Of a stretch of DNA of 64,000 nucleotides, positions 56,105 to 64,000 are shown piece by piece (within the stretch, counting starts at the first letter, position 1; each line of letters opens with the position of its first letter). The stretch lies in assembly GCA_001462235.1 (NCBI GenBank), contig LIUI01000155.1, positions 1,766 to 65,765 on the forward strand. The letters run 5' to 3'. The DNA is from Fibrobacteria bacterium GUT307 (GTDB taxonomy: Bacteria > Fibrobacterota > Fibrobacteria > Fibrobacterales > Fibrobacteraceae). The position numbers were made by a program, and so were the translations under genes. The notes beneath the pieces were generated by a model, which was not told where the DNA came from, did not search any database, and saw only the letters and a program-made list of their open reading frames with translations.

Positions 56105-56435
56105 TTTCTGCCCTTGGTTTTAATTCGTTTAGTTTTATGCAATAAACTTTTGCTTTTGTTATTTTAGGCGAGAATGCCATAATTTTTTTTGCAATTTCTG
56201 CGGTTAAGGTTTCTAAAAGGCTAAATTTGCTGTTGCAAATAAATGTTTTTAATTCTGCTGCTAAAACGGCGTAGTCCACGGCATTTTCTATGGAATCGGT
56301 GCTTATTGCCTGCTTGCAATTATATTCAAAAGAAAAACCAAACTCCAACTCTTGTGGAGTATGGAGTTCACCGGGGTAAACCCCGATGATTGTTTTGCAT
56401 AAGATTTTATCTACAGAAATCCAAGCCCTTACCAT
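56082..56435 (-). CDS. folB: Dihydroneopterin aldolase
   Basis: 117 aa; IGVYP.E....QEL.F, VDY and LLETLA-type pattern of FolB. Confidence 0.7.
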   Translation of the reverse strand: MVRAWISVDKILCKTIIGVYPGELHTPQELEFGFSFEYNCKQAISTDSIENAVDYAVLAAELKTFICNSKFSLLETLTAEIAKKIMAFSPKITKAKVYCIKLNELKPRAEIEISNRE

Positions 56436-58474
56436 GCAAAGAAAACTATGCTAAGTGCTGCGGAAACTGCGGCCCCGCTCCACCAACTTATGAAACTTGT
56501 TTTATAGGAATCCCTAGTTGCTCCGTTTGTATCTTTAGCGAGTTTTGTCCAATACAGCCCATTAGCAGGAACTCCATCAACCTCATTGCTTATGTCCTGG
56601 GCTTTCTTTATGTAGAATTTGGAGCAAGGATCATTCCGATTGCTCTCGCCGCACTGCTCTATTATAAAGTTTTCAATTCTCCTCTCTTCTGCATCTGCTA
56701 CATTGTATTTATCGCTTGCATCCTTGAATTTAGAGAATTGCAGGTATCCAAAAACTCCGGTGCCTATTGCGGCGGCAGCAAATAAAACGCCAGTCCAGAA
56801 TAGATATTCGTCTGTGTTTCCAAAAACATCTTTTGCACTGCTAGTGGCTCCATAGCGAGCATAATCATATTCTTCTTGGTCTTGCACTCCTTGCTCATAT
56901 TCTTCATCGTCTTCATCTTCGTCGTAGTAGGCTGAGTCTTCTTCTTCTTCTCCGTATTCTTCTACCGGTGATGGGGCAGATTTTTTTGCAGAAGAACCAC
57001 CGGAAACTTCACCGGAGCGGAGTGCATCAAGGGTTGCTCCCTCGTCTCTTTTATCCCAAGCGGCTTTGCCTGAGTATTTGGCTATGCGGGAATTCAAGTC
57101 TTTTTCTGTGCTACGAGAAGCAGAAGTTGCTTGGCCCATGGTAAAAGAGCCTTTGGTTAGGATTTTTAGCGGAGTTTCGTTATAAAAAAAGGCAATGTCG
57201 TAAATGGATGCATATTTTCCGCTTTCGTTTGGAACATTCCAGATTTTTAACACTCCGTGGACACTTTCTTGGTCTTCGGCAACTTCGTTGCGCGGCACCG
57301 AGCCGTAGGCTAACTTGGCTTTGTTGTATTTGAAGTCAACACGGGAATTTGAAATTTCTGCGTTTAACGAAAAGTCCTTTACGCCTAAATTGGTGATGGA
57401 TATTGCCGAATTGGGAATATACTCGTATTTTAAGACAAAATCCATGTCTCCTACGGCAGCATCAATATCTACCAAGAGGTCTTTGAGTTCTATGAAATTG
57501 TTTTGAGCCTCTTTATTTAAGGCGTCCCTTTCCCTAGCTTGGGCATTTGTCCATATACTTTGGCGCGCAGAGTACTCTGTTGAGCTTTCTGATGCGGCTT
57601 TTGCCGGATTTGCCGGGAATTTAGCCATAATAGCATCTATTGATTTCTTGCTTTCTGAAGAGAAGCTATTCACGGCTTTTTGAACATTTGCCTTTATGTT
57701 TTTTACTTCGTTTGCATCCTTGTTTGCAACTGCGGTTTGTAATTTAGACTTATAGGTTTGGGCTTGGTTTTCTAGGGGAACTCTTTGTGTTAAAAGAATT
57801 CCCTCTTGAGTAGCTTTGCCAGAAACAGGAGTAACGAGTTTAACAATGGTGTAGTAACCGTCTTTAGATACAACCAAGGCTACTGTTTTTGCAGAAGGAA
57901 CAGTAAAAGTGGTGGGAGTTTGGCCTTTGCTTACACCGCCAACAGTGATGTTTGCTCCGGAAGGGTCTGAGGTTACAGAAATTTCGTATTCTCTTGAAGC
58001 TATGGGCTTAAACTCCTCCATTCTGCCGTTCAGGTTCATGTAAACAGGGTCTTCGCCTTCAACATAGATATCTTTTCCGTCGTAATATACGGTTTCTAAA
58101 TCGTCGTCACCGGAAGCAGATTTGGTGTAAAAGAGTTTCATTTTAAGAAGGGTTTGGTATGGGATGCCTTCTAGGCTTACTTTTCCAAGACCCTTAGCTG
58201 CCTCCGTAGCGCGTCCCTGGAAAATTTGGTAAGTTGCCTCTTCGTCTCCAAAGGCATCTTCAAACTTTTGCCTTACATAAAGGCGGCCGCTCTGCGGGGT
58301 AACCTGCGATGGCTGAACAGGTTTTAAGTCATTTCCGGATTCTCCCGCTATATATTTGTCTGGCTCGCCGGGGTCGGGAGAATCGTCAAAAGAATCTACA
58401 GTCCATGTGCTTGCCCACGCAGAAGCGCAAAACAGCAAAAAAACTATTGCTAAAATCTCAACTTTAACCTTCAT
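56429..58474 (-). CDS. PEGA-domain membrane-anchored protein with acidic Tyr-rich segment
   Basis: Signal peptide from the Met at 58474. PEGA-like SVTSDPSGANITVGGVSKGQTP. EEYGEEEEDSAYYDEDEDDEEYE stretch. C-terminal TM helices. Confidence 0.55.
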   Translation of the reverse strand: MKVKVEILAIVFLLFCASAWASTWTVDSFDDSPDPGEPDKYIAGESGNDLKPVQPSQVTPQSGRLYVRQKFEDAFGDEEATYQIFQGRATEAAKGLGKVSLEGIPYQTLLKMKLFYTKSASGDDDLETVYYDGKDIYVEGEDPVYMNLNGRMEEFKPIASREYEISVTSDPSGANITVGGVSKGQTPTTFTVPSAKTVALVVSKDGYYTIVKLVTPVSGKATQEGILLTQRVPLENQAQTYKSKLQTAVANKDANEVKNIKANVQKAVNSFSSESKKSIDAIMAKFPANPAKAASESSTEYSARQSIWTNAQARERDALNKEAQNNFIELKDLLVDIDAAVGDMDFVLKYEYIPNSAISITNLGVKDFSLNAEISNSRVDFKYNKAKLAYGSVPRNEVAEDQESVHGVLKIWNVPNESGKYASIYDIAFFYNETPLKILTKGSFTMGQATSASRSTEKDLNSRIAKYSGKAAWDKRDEGATLDALRSGEVSGGSSAKKSAPSPVEEYGEEEEDSAYYDEDEDDEEYEQGVQDQEEYDYARYGATSSAKDVFGNTDEYLFWTGVLFAAAAIGTGVFGYLQFSKFKDASDKYNVADAEERRIENFIIEQCGESNRNDPCSKFYIKKAQDISNEVDGVPANGLYWTKLAKDTNGATRDSYKTSFISWWSGAAVSAALSIVFFAW

Positions 58475-58528
58475 ACTTGCTCCATTTAGTAAATATACAT
58501 AAAAAATCAAAAATAGTTAAAAAAAAAG

Positions 58529-58996
58529 CTATTTATAGTCCAAAATCTCCAATTTTATTACTTTTTTGGGTGTTTGAACTTCAACTCTATCCCCTCTGGT
58601 TTTGCCAATAAGTGCTTTTCCTATGGGGCTTACCGAACTTATTTTGCCATTAACAGGGTCAGAACCCTCTGGCGAAACTAGGGTGTACTCATATTCTTTG
58701 CCAAGTGTAAGGTCTTTTACCTTTACCGTTGCCCCAAACAAAATGCGGACAGCAGAGGAGGTATCGTGCTCAATAATCACAGACCTGGCAACCCTGTCTT
58801 CCAAAAACTGTATCCTTGATTCAATTTTGCCCTGCTGGTCTTTGGCAGAATGATATTCAAAATTCTCGCTTAGGTCGCCCTGCGCCCTAGCGTCTGCAAT
58901 TTCCTGCAAAATGCGAGGCCTCTGGACTTTTTTTAATTCGTCTAGTTCCTCCACCAACAGGTTATAAGTCTCTTTTGTAACCGGAATCGTATCCAT
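58529..58996 (-). CDS. greA: Transcription elongation factor GreA
   Basis: PVTKETYNLL..EL..L, AR..GDLSENFEYHSAK and C-terminal SP.G.AL.GK. Start at MDTIPVT. Confidence 0.9.
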   Translation of the reverse strand: MDTIPVTKETYNLLVEELDELKKVQRPRILQEIADARAQGDLSENFEYHSAKDQQGKIESRIQFLEDRVARSVIIEHDTSSAVRILFGATVKVKDLTLGKEYEYTLVSPEGSDPVNGKISSVSPIGKALIGKTRGDRVEVQTPKKVIKLEILDYK

Positions 58997-59005
58997 ATTT
59001 GAGTT

Positions 59006-59011
59006 AATATA
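59006..59011 (-). promoter_or_regulatory. -10 box 9 nt upstream of the greA ATG
   Basis: Minus strand: TTTTCTATATT-aactcaaat-ATG. Confidence 0.45.
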
Positions 59012-59016
59012 GAAAA

Positions 59017-60219
59017 TTAATTCTTTAACCATTTCATAGGGTCTTGGGTTTGGGTGCCCTTGTAAATTTGGAAAAAGAGCTTGTAGCCGTTGGTTGACTC
59101 TGCATTGCCTACTGTGCCTATTTCTTGGCAGTTTTTCAAGGTTTCGCCTTCTTTTACCTTTACGGTGGCTAAATGCCCGTAAACGCTGTAATAAGAACCC
59201 TTGTGGTCAAGGATTACCGAGGGACCATGCCCCGGCAGGTTCCCTACCATTACAACCGTGCCTGCAGCGGCGGCTTTAACGCCTTCTCCCTTTTGCCCCC
59301 TTATTTCTGTGCCCAGATGCATTATTTTTATGTTTAAGTCTTTGTTTACATGGTAGCCGTAATCGCTTATTATTTCTCCGCTTAGCGGAGTGCATTTGGG
59401 ACCAATGGCAACAGGGGGTTCTTTGGGAACAGCCACTTTGGATTTTTTTTGCTCCTCGCTTCTTTTTTTTGCTGCGAGTTCTTCCTGCCTTTTGAGTTCC
59501 GCTTGCCGTCTTTTTTCAAGAGCGGCTATTACTGCGGCTAAACTTCCCTGGTTTCGCTTATATTCTTCAATAGCCATTTCTTGGGTTGATTTGTCTTTTT
59601 TAACCTTTGTAAGAACATCGTTTTGGAATATCAATTGGTGCTGGAGTTTCATTTCTTCTTTTGCTTTGTTTTCATGGAGAGCCGCCATCTCTTGCTGCCT
59701 TTCTCCCAACTGCTGTTTTTTTTCACCTAGGCTATTCATGGATGCAAGGTAGTTTTCAACCACGCCTTTATCGCTATCTAAAAGTCTTTGAACCCAATAG
59801 AGCTTGCGCTCGGGGTTTTCGTTTTCTTTTAAGAGGTTTAGCAGGAGTTCCCATTCTTCTTGTTTGTGCGTATATAAAGTTCTTATCCTTGTGGCTATGG
59901 CTTTTTTTTGCTCATCTATGTTTCCTTGCAAAACTTCTATTTCTCTCTCTATGCCTTTTATGGTGTTCTTTAGCGAGTTTTCTTTTTTTTGCAAATCGTG
60001 CAAGTATTCCCGCGTTTGTGTTAAGCCGTTGTCTATCTCTGCTATGGTTTTTAGAACCCCGCTTTCTTTGTGCTCCAGCTCCTTTACCTTTGCCTCTGCT
60101 TTTTGAATATTCGCCTCTGTTTTCTTTAACGCGTCCGTATTGCTTTTCAACTGCTTGTCCACAGAAGTAGCTGCAAAAGGCGATAAAAACAATGCAAATA
60201 CAAAAATTAAGACCAGCAT
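59017..60219 (-). CDS. Coiled-coil M23 peptidase-domain protein (EnvC-like)
   Basis: Long coiled coil followed by an M23/LytM-like C-terminus (GTEIRG..G..V.A...G.V). Sits next to ftsX. Confidence 0.7.
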   Translation of the reverse strand: MLVLIFVFALFLSPFAATSVDKQLKSNTDALKKTEANIQKAEAKVKELEHKESGVLKTIAEIDNGLTQTREYLHDLQKKENSLKNTIKGIEREIEVLQGNIDEQKKAIATRIRTLYTHKQEEWELLLNLLKENENPERKLYWVQRLLDSDKGVVENYLASMNSLGEKKQQLGERQQEMAALHENKAKEEMKLQHQLIFQNDVLTKVKKDKSTQEMAIEEYKRNQGSLAAVIAALEKRRQAELKRQEELAAKKRSEEQKKSKVAVPKEPPVAIGPKCTPLSGEIISDYGYHVNKDLNIKIMHLGTEIRGQKGEGVKAAAAGTVVMVGNLPGHGPSVILDHKGSYYSVYGHLATVKVKEGETLKNCQEIGTVGNAESTNGYKLFFQIYKGTQTQDPMKWLKN

Positions 60220-61088
60220 TTTTTTACCAAGAATTGGCGTACGGTTAAGAAACTCACTACGGCTTCTGATGTTGCAACAAATAAGAGTACAAAAAGGCTT
60301 ACGTTTAAATCTTTTGGCATAAACTCAAAAAATAATGGGAAATACTCGTAAATTGTTCTTTCAACATAGATGAATAAAATTACAGAGAGACCTGCACCCA
60401 CAAGCCCTTGGAGCAAGCCTTCCAGCACAAAAGGGAATTGTATAAAAAACGGGGTTCCGCCGGAATACTTTATGTTGTTCACAAGCTCCCTTCTGGAAAT
60501 GAGCGTTAACCGCATGGAATTCCACATTATAAGCCATAAAATGCCCAGCATAAGGGCAGAAATCCCTATTGGGATAGCAAAGAAATGCCACTTAAAGCCC
60601 TCCCACCGCTTAATCCATTCGGTTGGGGATTGAACATGGTAAATTTCTGGCATGGCAAGCAGGCGCGCAGATACTTTTTGGATGGTTTCAATGCTTTGCG
60701 AATTTGCCCTTATTTGAATGCGAAGAGAGGCCGGGAGCGGGTTCCCTTCTACATGGTAAAGCATGCTTTCCGGGAAGCTCTTTTTGAATTCTTCCAGTGC
60801 TTGCTCGTCTGAGACATAAATTAGCGAACTTATGCTTTCAAAAGATGCCACTATCCTAGAGATGGAGTCTGCCTGGGATTGGGTTGGGGGGTCCAAGAAA
60901 AATGCTTCTAATCTATAAAGCGAGGCAGATTGAGAGGAGAGCGAAACAGCAAAACTCAGGGCTTTCATGCTTGCTATTAGCAAAAAAGAGCATAAAAAGG
61001 TTGTAGCAAGCGAAGGAATTATTACAAGGCGGTGCCTTAAAAGCCCTCTAAAGGCCTCTGCTACAAGATATGGCAATCGGTGGAACAT
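60207..61088 (-). CDS. ftsX: Cell-division permease FtsX
   Basis: 4-TM FtsX topology with large periplasmic loop. Conserved gene order with the EnvC-like gene. Confidence 0.7.
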   Translation of the reverse strand: MFHRLPYLVAEAFRGLLRHRLVIIPSLATTFLCSFLLIASMKALSFAVSLSSQSASLYRLEAFFLDPPTQSQADSISRIVASFESISSLIYVSDEQALEEFKKSFPESMLYHVEGNPLPASLRIQIRANSQSIETIQKVSARLLAMPEIYHVQSPTEWIKRWEGFKWHFFAIPIGISALMLGILWLIMWNSMRLTLISRRELVNNIKYSGGTPFFIQFPFVLEGLLQGLVGAGLSVILFIYVERTIYEYFPLFFEFMPKDLNVSLFVLLFVATSEAVVSFLTVRQFLVKKCWS

Positions 61089-61108
61089 TTTTTTAGAAAG
61101 TAGAAATA

Positions 61109-61137
61109 TTGACAGGCTTTGTAAATTTTTCTATATT
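61109..61137 (+). promoter_or_regulatory. Sigma-70-type promoter of rpsU
   Basis: TTGACA (61109-61114), 17 nt, TATATT (61132-61137). Confidence 0.7.
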
Positions 61138-61166
61138 TGTGTATAGAATTTTAACCCGAGGACACA

Positions 61167-61376
61167 GTGATAGGAGTAATAGTAAAGCCAAATGAACCTT
61201 TTGAGAAGGCTTTGAAGAGATTTACAAAATCTTGCGAGAAGAACGGAATAATTTCCGATGTAAAGCAGCACCAGCGTTTTGAAAAACCCTCAGAAAAAAA
61301 GAAGCGTATTAACACGTCTGCCCGCCGTAAACTTCAAAAAGAAATTGCGGAGCAGCATAAAAAGCGTTTATATTAA
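61167..61376 (+). CDS. rpsU: 30S ribosomal protein S21
   Basis: V.V..NE.FE.ALKRF.K.CEK.GI..........EKPSEK.KR pattern. GTG start. Confidence 0.9.
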   Translation: MIGVIVKPNEPFEKALKRFTKSCEKNGIISDVKQHQRFEKPSEKKKRINTSARRKLQKEIAEQHKKRLY

Positions 61377-61380
61377 CCGA

Positions 61381-62169
61381 ATGATTTTCGTTGATACTCA
61401 TTGCCATATAGACACAATCTTAGAACGGACCGGTGGCTTGGCAGGGAATTTATTTGAACAAATGGAGCCTGCACCGGAGGCTATTATTCACGTGGCTTGC
61501 GATCCGGGCGATTTTAATTGGGGCAAGGAATTTTTGCTAAAAAAAACGCTCAACGGGGTTAAGCTTTACGGTGTTTTTGGAGTGCATCCCCTGGTAGCAG
61601 AAAAATACAACAAAGAAGCGGAAGCGGGGATTTTGGAATGCTTAAAGCAGCCTGATGTGCTTGCTCTAGGCGAAATTGGGCTTGATTACCATTACCCAGA
61701 TTACAATGCGGATTTGCAGAAAAAGGTTTTTTTGAGGCAATTGGAAATTGGTTTGGAATTAAAGAAAAGTTTAGTGTTCCACCTGCGGGAAGCAGACGAT
61801 GATGCTTTTGAAATTTTGCAAAAAATAGACAGCAAAAACATCAAAGCGCACATTCATTGCTACACAGGCACGGCAAGTTTTGCAGAAAAGGTTTTAGCCT
61901 TAAAGGGAAATTATTTCTTTGGCTTTACCGGCGCGGTAACCTTTAACAAAACGGAAACAATTAGGGAAGCCGCTGCCGCCATTCCTCTAAACAAAATCCT
62001 TTTGGAAACCGATGCTCCCTACCTTGCACCCGTGCCTTTTAGGGGCAAAACCTGCACCCCAGCCATGATACCTTGCATAGCCCAAGTTTTGGCAAACATA
62101 AAAAACATCTCTCTAAATGATTTGCTTAAAAAATGCAGAGAAAACACTGCAGAAATGTACGGATTTTAA
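61381..62169 (+). CDS. tatD: TatD family metal-dependent hydrolase
   Basis: FVDTHCHI, GEIGLDY, H.R.A and ETDAPYL motifs. Confidence 0.85.
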   Translation: MIFVDTHCHIDTILERTGGLAGNLFEQMEPAPEAIIHVACDPGDFNWGKEFLLKKTLNGVKLYGVFGVHPLVAEKYNKEAEAGILECLKQPDVLALGEIGLDYHYPDYNADLQKKVFLRQLEIGLELKKSLVFHLREADDDAFEILQKIDSKNIKAHIHCYTGTASFAEKVLALKGNYFFGFTGAVTFNKTETIREAAAAIPLNKILLETDAPYLAPVPFRGKTCTPAMIPCIAQVLANIKNISLNDLLKKCRENTAEMYGF

Positions 62170-62552
62170 TTCTCTTCTTCGTCGTCTGGGAATAGCTTAA
62201 AGAATGCTTTTTTTTGCTCTTCAAATAGGTGCAGTATTTGGTTTTGCTCAAATTGCTCTCTATCTATATTTTGCATAAAATAAGGCTCTAATACAAAGCT
62301 GCGGCTTGTTATTTGCCTTTTTATTTCTGCTTCCATGTTCATATTAGACCATAATATGAGCACGCTACCCAAAGGCATATTCGCAAAAACGTTTATGTCT
62401 GCGAATACGGCTTGGTTTGCCGAGCTTGTATCTGTGGCTGTGCTAGTATTGCCAGCATTGCTGCCTTGGGCAAAACAAATAGATACAGCCATAATTATGA
62501 TTATTAACCACATTGGGTTGAATATAGTAAAACAAAGAGGATATGTAGGCAC
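62166..62552 (-). CDS. Hypothetical small membrane/secreted protein
   Basis: 128-aa ORF with an N-terminal hydrophobic segment. No family recognised. Confidence 0.4.
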   Translation of the reverse strand: MPTYPLCFTIFNPMWLIIIIMAVSICFAQGSNAGNTSTATDTSSANQAVFADINVFANMPLGSVLILWSNMNMEAEIKRQITSRSFVLEPYFMQNIDREQFEQNQILHLFEEQKKAFFKLFPDDEEEN

Positions 62553-62819
62553 CTCGAACTTATCAGGAGGGGAGCGATAGAGTGTCTTGAGGATTTACCA
62601 CTACATATCCATCGCCAAGTATAGAAATTTTTTTAACTTTTGTCAAGAGTATTTCTTAAAAAGCGAGTATTTTTTAAAAAAGTAGAAAAAACCTTTGTAA
62701 ACTTTAGATACTCTTTTCGTTGACACTTTATTTACATTTTTATTACATTCGTGGGATTTATGGCATTTATGTCATTTTTTTTCTACATTACATCCCGAAT
62801 CAACAAAGGAGTTTATTTT

Positions 62820-64000
62820 ATGAAAGGTACTCTGTTTTTAGCGGCGCTGGTTTTGGCAACCGGCTTATTCTTTTCCTGTACCTCGGAACGCGAGAGTTTG
62901 GGCGATATTTCGGGGTCTTCTAATTACTGCGTTTTCCTTGCAGATGAGCTATGTCTCCCTGCTCACAACAGCAGTACTTGTCCGAGTGGCGGGCAGTTGA
63001 GTAATACTTGTCCATATAGCTCTGCTTCCGATTACTCTTCTAGTGGCGGCATAAGCAGCAGTTCTGGCGAAAACGAAAGCGAGAGCAGCAGCTCCGGCGT
63101 GGTAGGCGTGAGCAGCAGTTCCGGTGGTGCTGAATTGCCGAGTTTTGGTTTTTGCATTTTTAGCACAGATAAAATTTGCTGGCCAGGACCAGTAAGTAAG
63201 TGCCCACAAGGCGCGGAGTTGGGTGATGTTTGCCCGTATAGCTCAAGCTCGGCTGGTGTTCCTTCAAGTTCGTCAAATTTACTCGGTATTTCTTCTTCTT
63301 CTTCTAGTATTAGCCTTATTTGCCCAAGCGCAACCGGCAATGTTTTTGTTGACCCAAGGGATTGCCAAGAATATAAATATGAGGTTGCTCCAAATGGAAA
63401 GATTTGGATGTCTGATAATTTGAATTATTCAAAAGATAATACACTTGGTTATTGCTGGGGAGTTGATATTGACGATATAAATCCTCACCAAGATGCTCCC
63501 GGTTGCAATAACGGCTATGGCAGGGTTTATGAATATGCAGTAGCAATTGACGGAAACCCGCCGCAGGGTTTGTGCCCGCCCGGTTGGCATATACCAAGCA
63601 CCGTGGAATGGAGCTATGTAATAAGCGAAGAAATGGGTAGAGCATATCGAAAAATGTCTTCTGATTTTTATATCTATGCCGGAAATTACAATGTGAATAG
63701 CGAGTACCCGCCTCTTGGCTGGAAAGACAAGGGTAAAAGCGGTTTTTACTGGACCAGCAACGGCAATAGTTATTATACCGGTTTTTGGCAGGGTCCGGAT
63801 TCAAATTATCCTTCCAATCCTTTTGAAGAGGCCCAAACAACCACTATTGGAGGCCAGGAAAAATTTTCCGTTCGTTGCATTTCAAATGAAAGCCCAACAC
63901 CAAGTTCGTCAAGTGCAGCACCGAGTTCATCTAGCGTTGCTTCAATACCAAGCAGCAGTTCGGCAACGCCGTCTAGTTCGTCTTACTATGGCAATTCTTC
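62820..64000 (+). CDS. FISUMP-domain lipoprotein, 3'-partial (runs off the window)
   Basis: Not in the supplied ORF track because there is no stop. AAGGAG RBS, ATG at 62820, lipobox (LFFSC), Ser-rich linkers, YGRVYEY, GWHIPS and FSVRCIS motifs. Frame is open to 64000. Confidence 0.8.
   Translation, partial: MKGTLFLAALVLATGLFFSCTSERESLGDISGSSNYCVFLADELCLPAHNSSTCPSGGQLSNTCPYSSASDYSSSGGISSSSGENESESSSSGVVGVSSSSGGAELPSFGFCIFSTDKICWPGPVSKCPQGAELGDVCPYSSSSAGVPSSSSNLLGISSSSSSISLICPSATGNVFVDPRDCQEYKYEVAPNGKIWMSDNLNYSKDNTLGYCWGVDIDDINPHQDAPGCNNGYGRVYEYAVAIDGNPPQGLCPPGWHIPSTVEWSYVISEEMGRAYRKMSSDFYIYAGNYNVNSEYPPLGWKDKGKSGFYWTSNGNSYYTGFWQGPDSNYPSNPFEEAQTTTIGGQEKFSVRCISNESPTPSSSSAAPSSSSVASIPSSSSATPSSSSYYGNS

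Noticed and set aside
58997-59032. Longer GreA start (MVKELIFYINSN...) at 59032
   Set aside because: The extension overlaps the upstream M23 gene and contains the -10 box. GreA homologs begin near the PVT..G motif, which matches the Met at 58996.
1-64000. The many 60-135-aa ORFs nested antisense or out of frame within large genes (for example inside guaA, ppdK, tssC, mutA-like)
   Set aside because: Each is fully contained within a longer ORF with clear family motifs, and their translations are low-complexity or lack any recognisable motif.

Overview
The window is a gene-dense bacterial chromosomal segment. Three proteins carry the Fibrobacter succinogenes major paralogous (FISUMP, TIGR02145-type) domain behind Ser-rich linkers, which suggests a Fibrobacterota-like organism. 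Flagellar genes (fliI, flgJ, flgN) are also present, so it is probably not F. succinogenes itself; this placement is inference. Most genes are housekeeping: guaA, lysA, tsaD, pepA, cimA, dapA, ppdK, manC, miaA, dprA, folB, greA, ftsX, rpsU and tatD. The strongest accessory signal is a diversity-generating retroelement (DGR). A 195-nt template repeat (195-389) sits directly upstream of a DGR-type reverse transcriptase (to 1489). A matching 195-nt variable repeat (32167-32361) forms the 3' end of a FISUMP lipoprotein gene about 31.8 kb away on the same strand. The two repeats differ at 23 positions, and every one is an adenine in the template. The second accessory feature is a partial type VI secretion cluster (19004-25936) containing tssK, a DotU/TssL-like protein with a possible TssM-like C-terminal region, tssB and tssC. 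A 5'-truncated FISUMP gene fragment interrupts it, and an orphan fliI abuts its right end. Sequence-level regularities include -10 boxes placed 6-10 nt from start codons (probable leaderless mRNAs) and three ECF-type promoters (GAAC-N17/18-CGTCTAA) with an associated conserved 30-nt box. There is also a GC-rich palindromic element present in both the DGR spacer and in frame inside tsaD, and a heptanucleotide repeat present inside miaA and across another gene's start codon. No rRNA, tRNA or CRISPR array was seen. All protein family calls rest on motif recognition by eye, with no database search.
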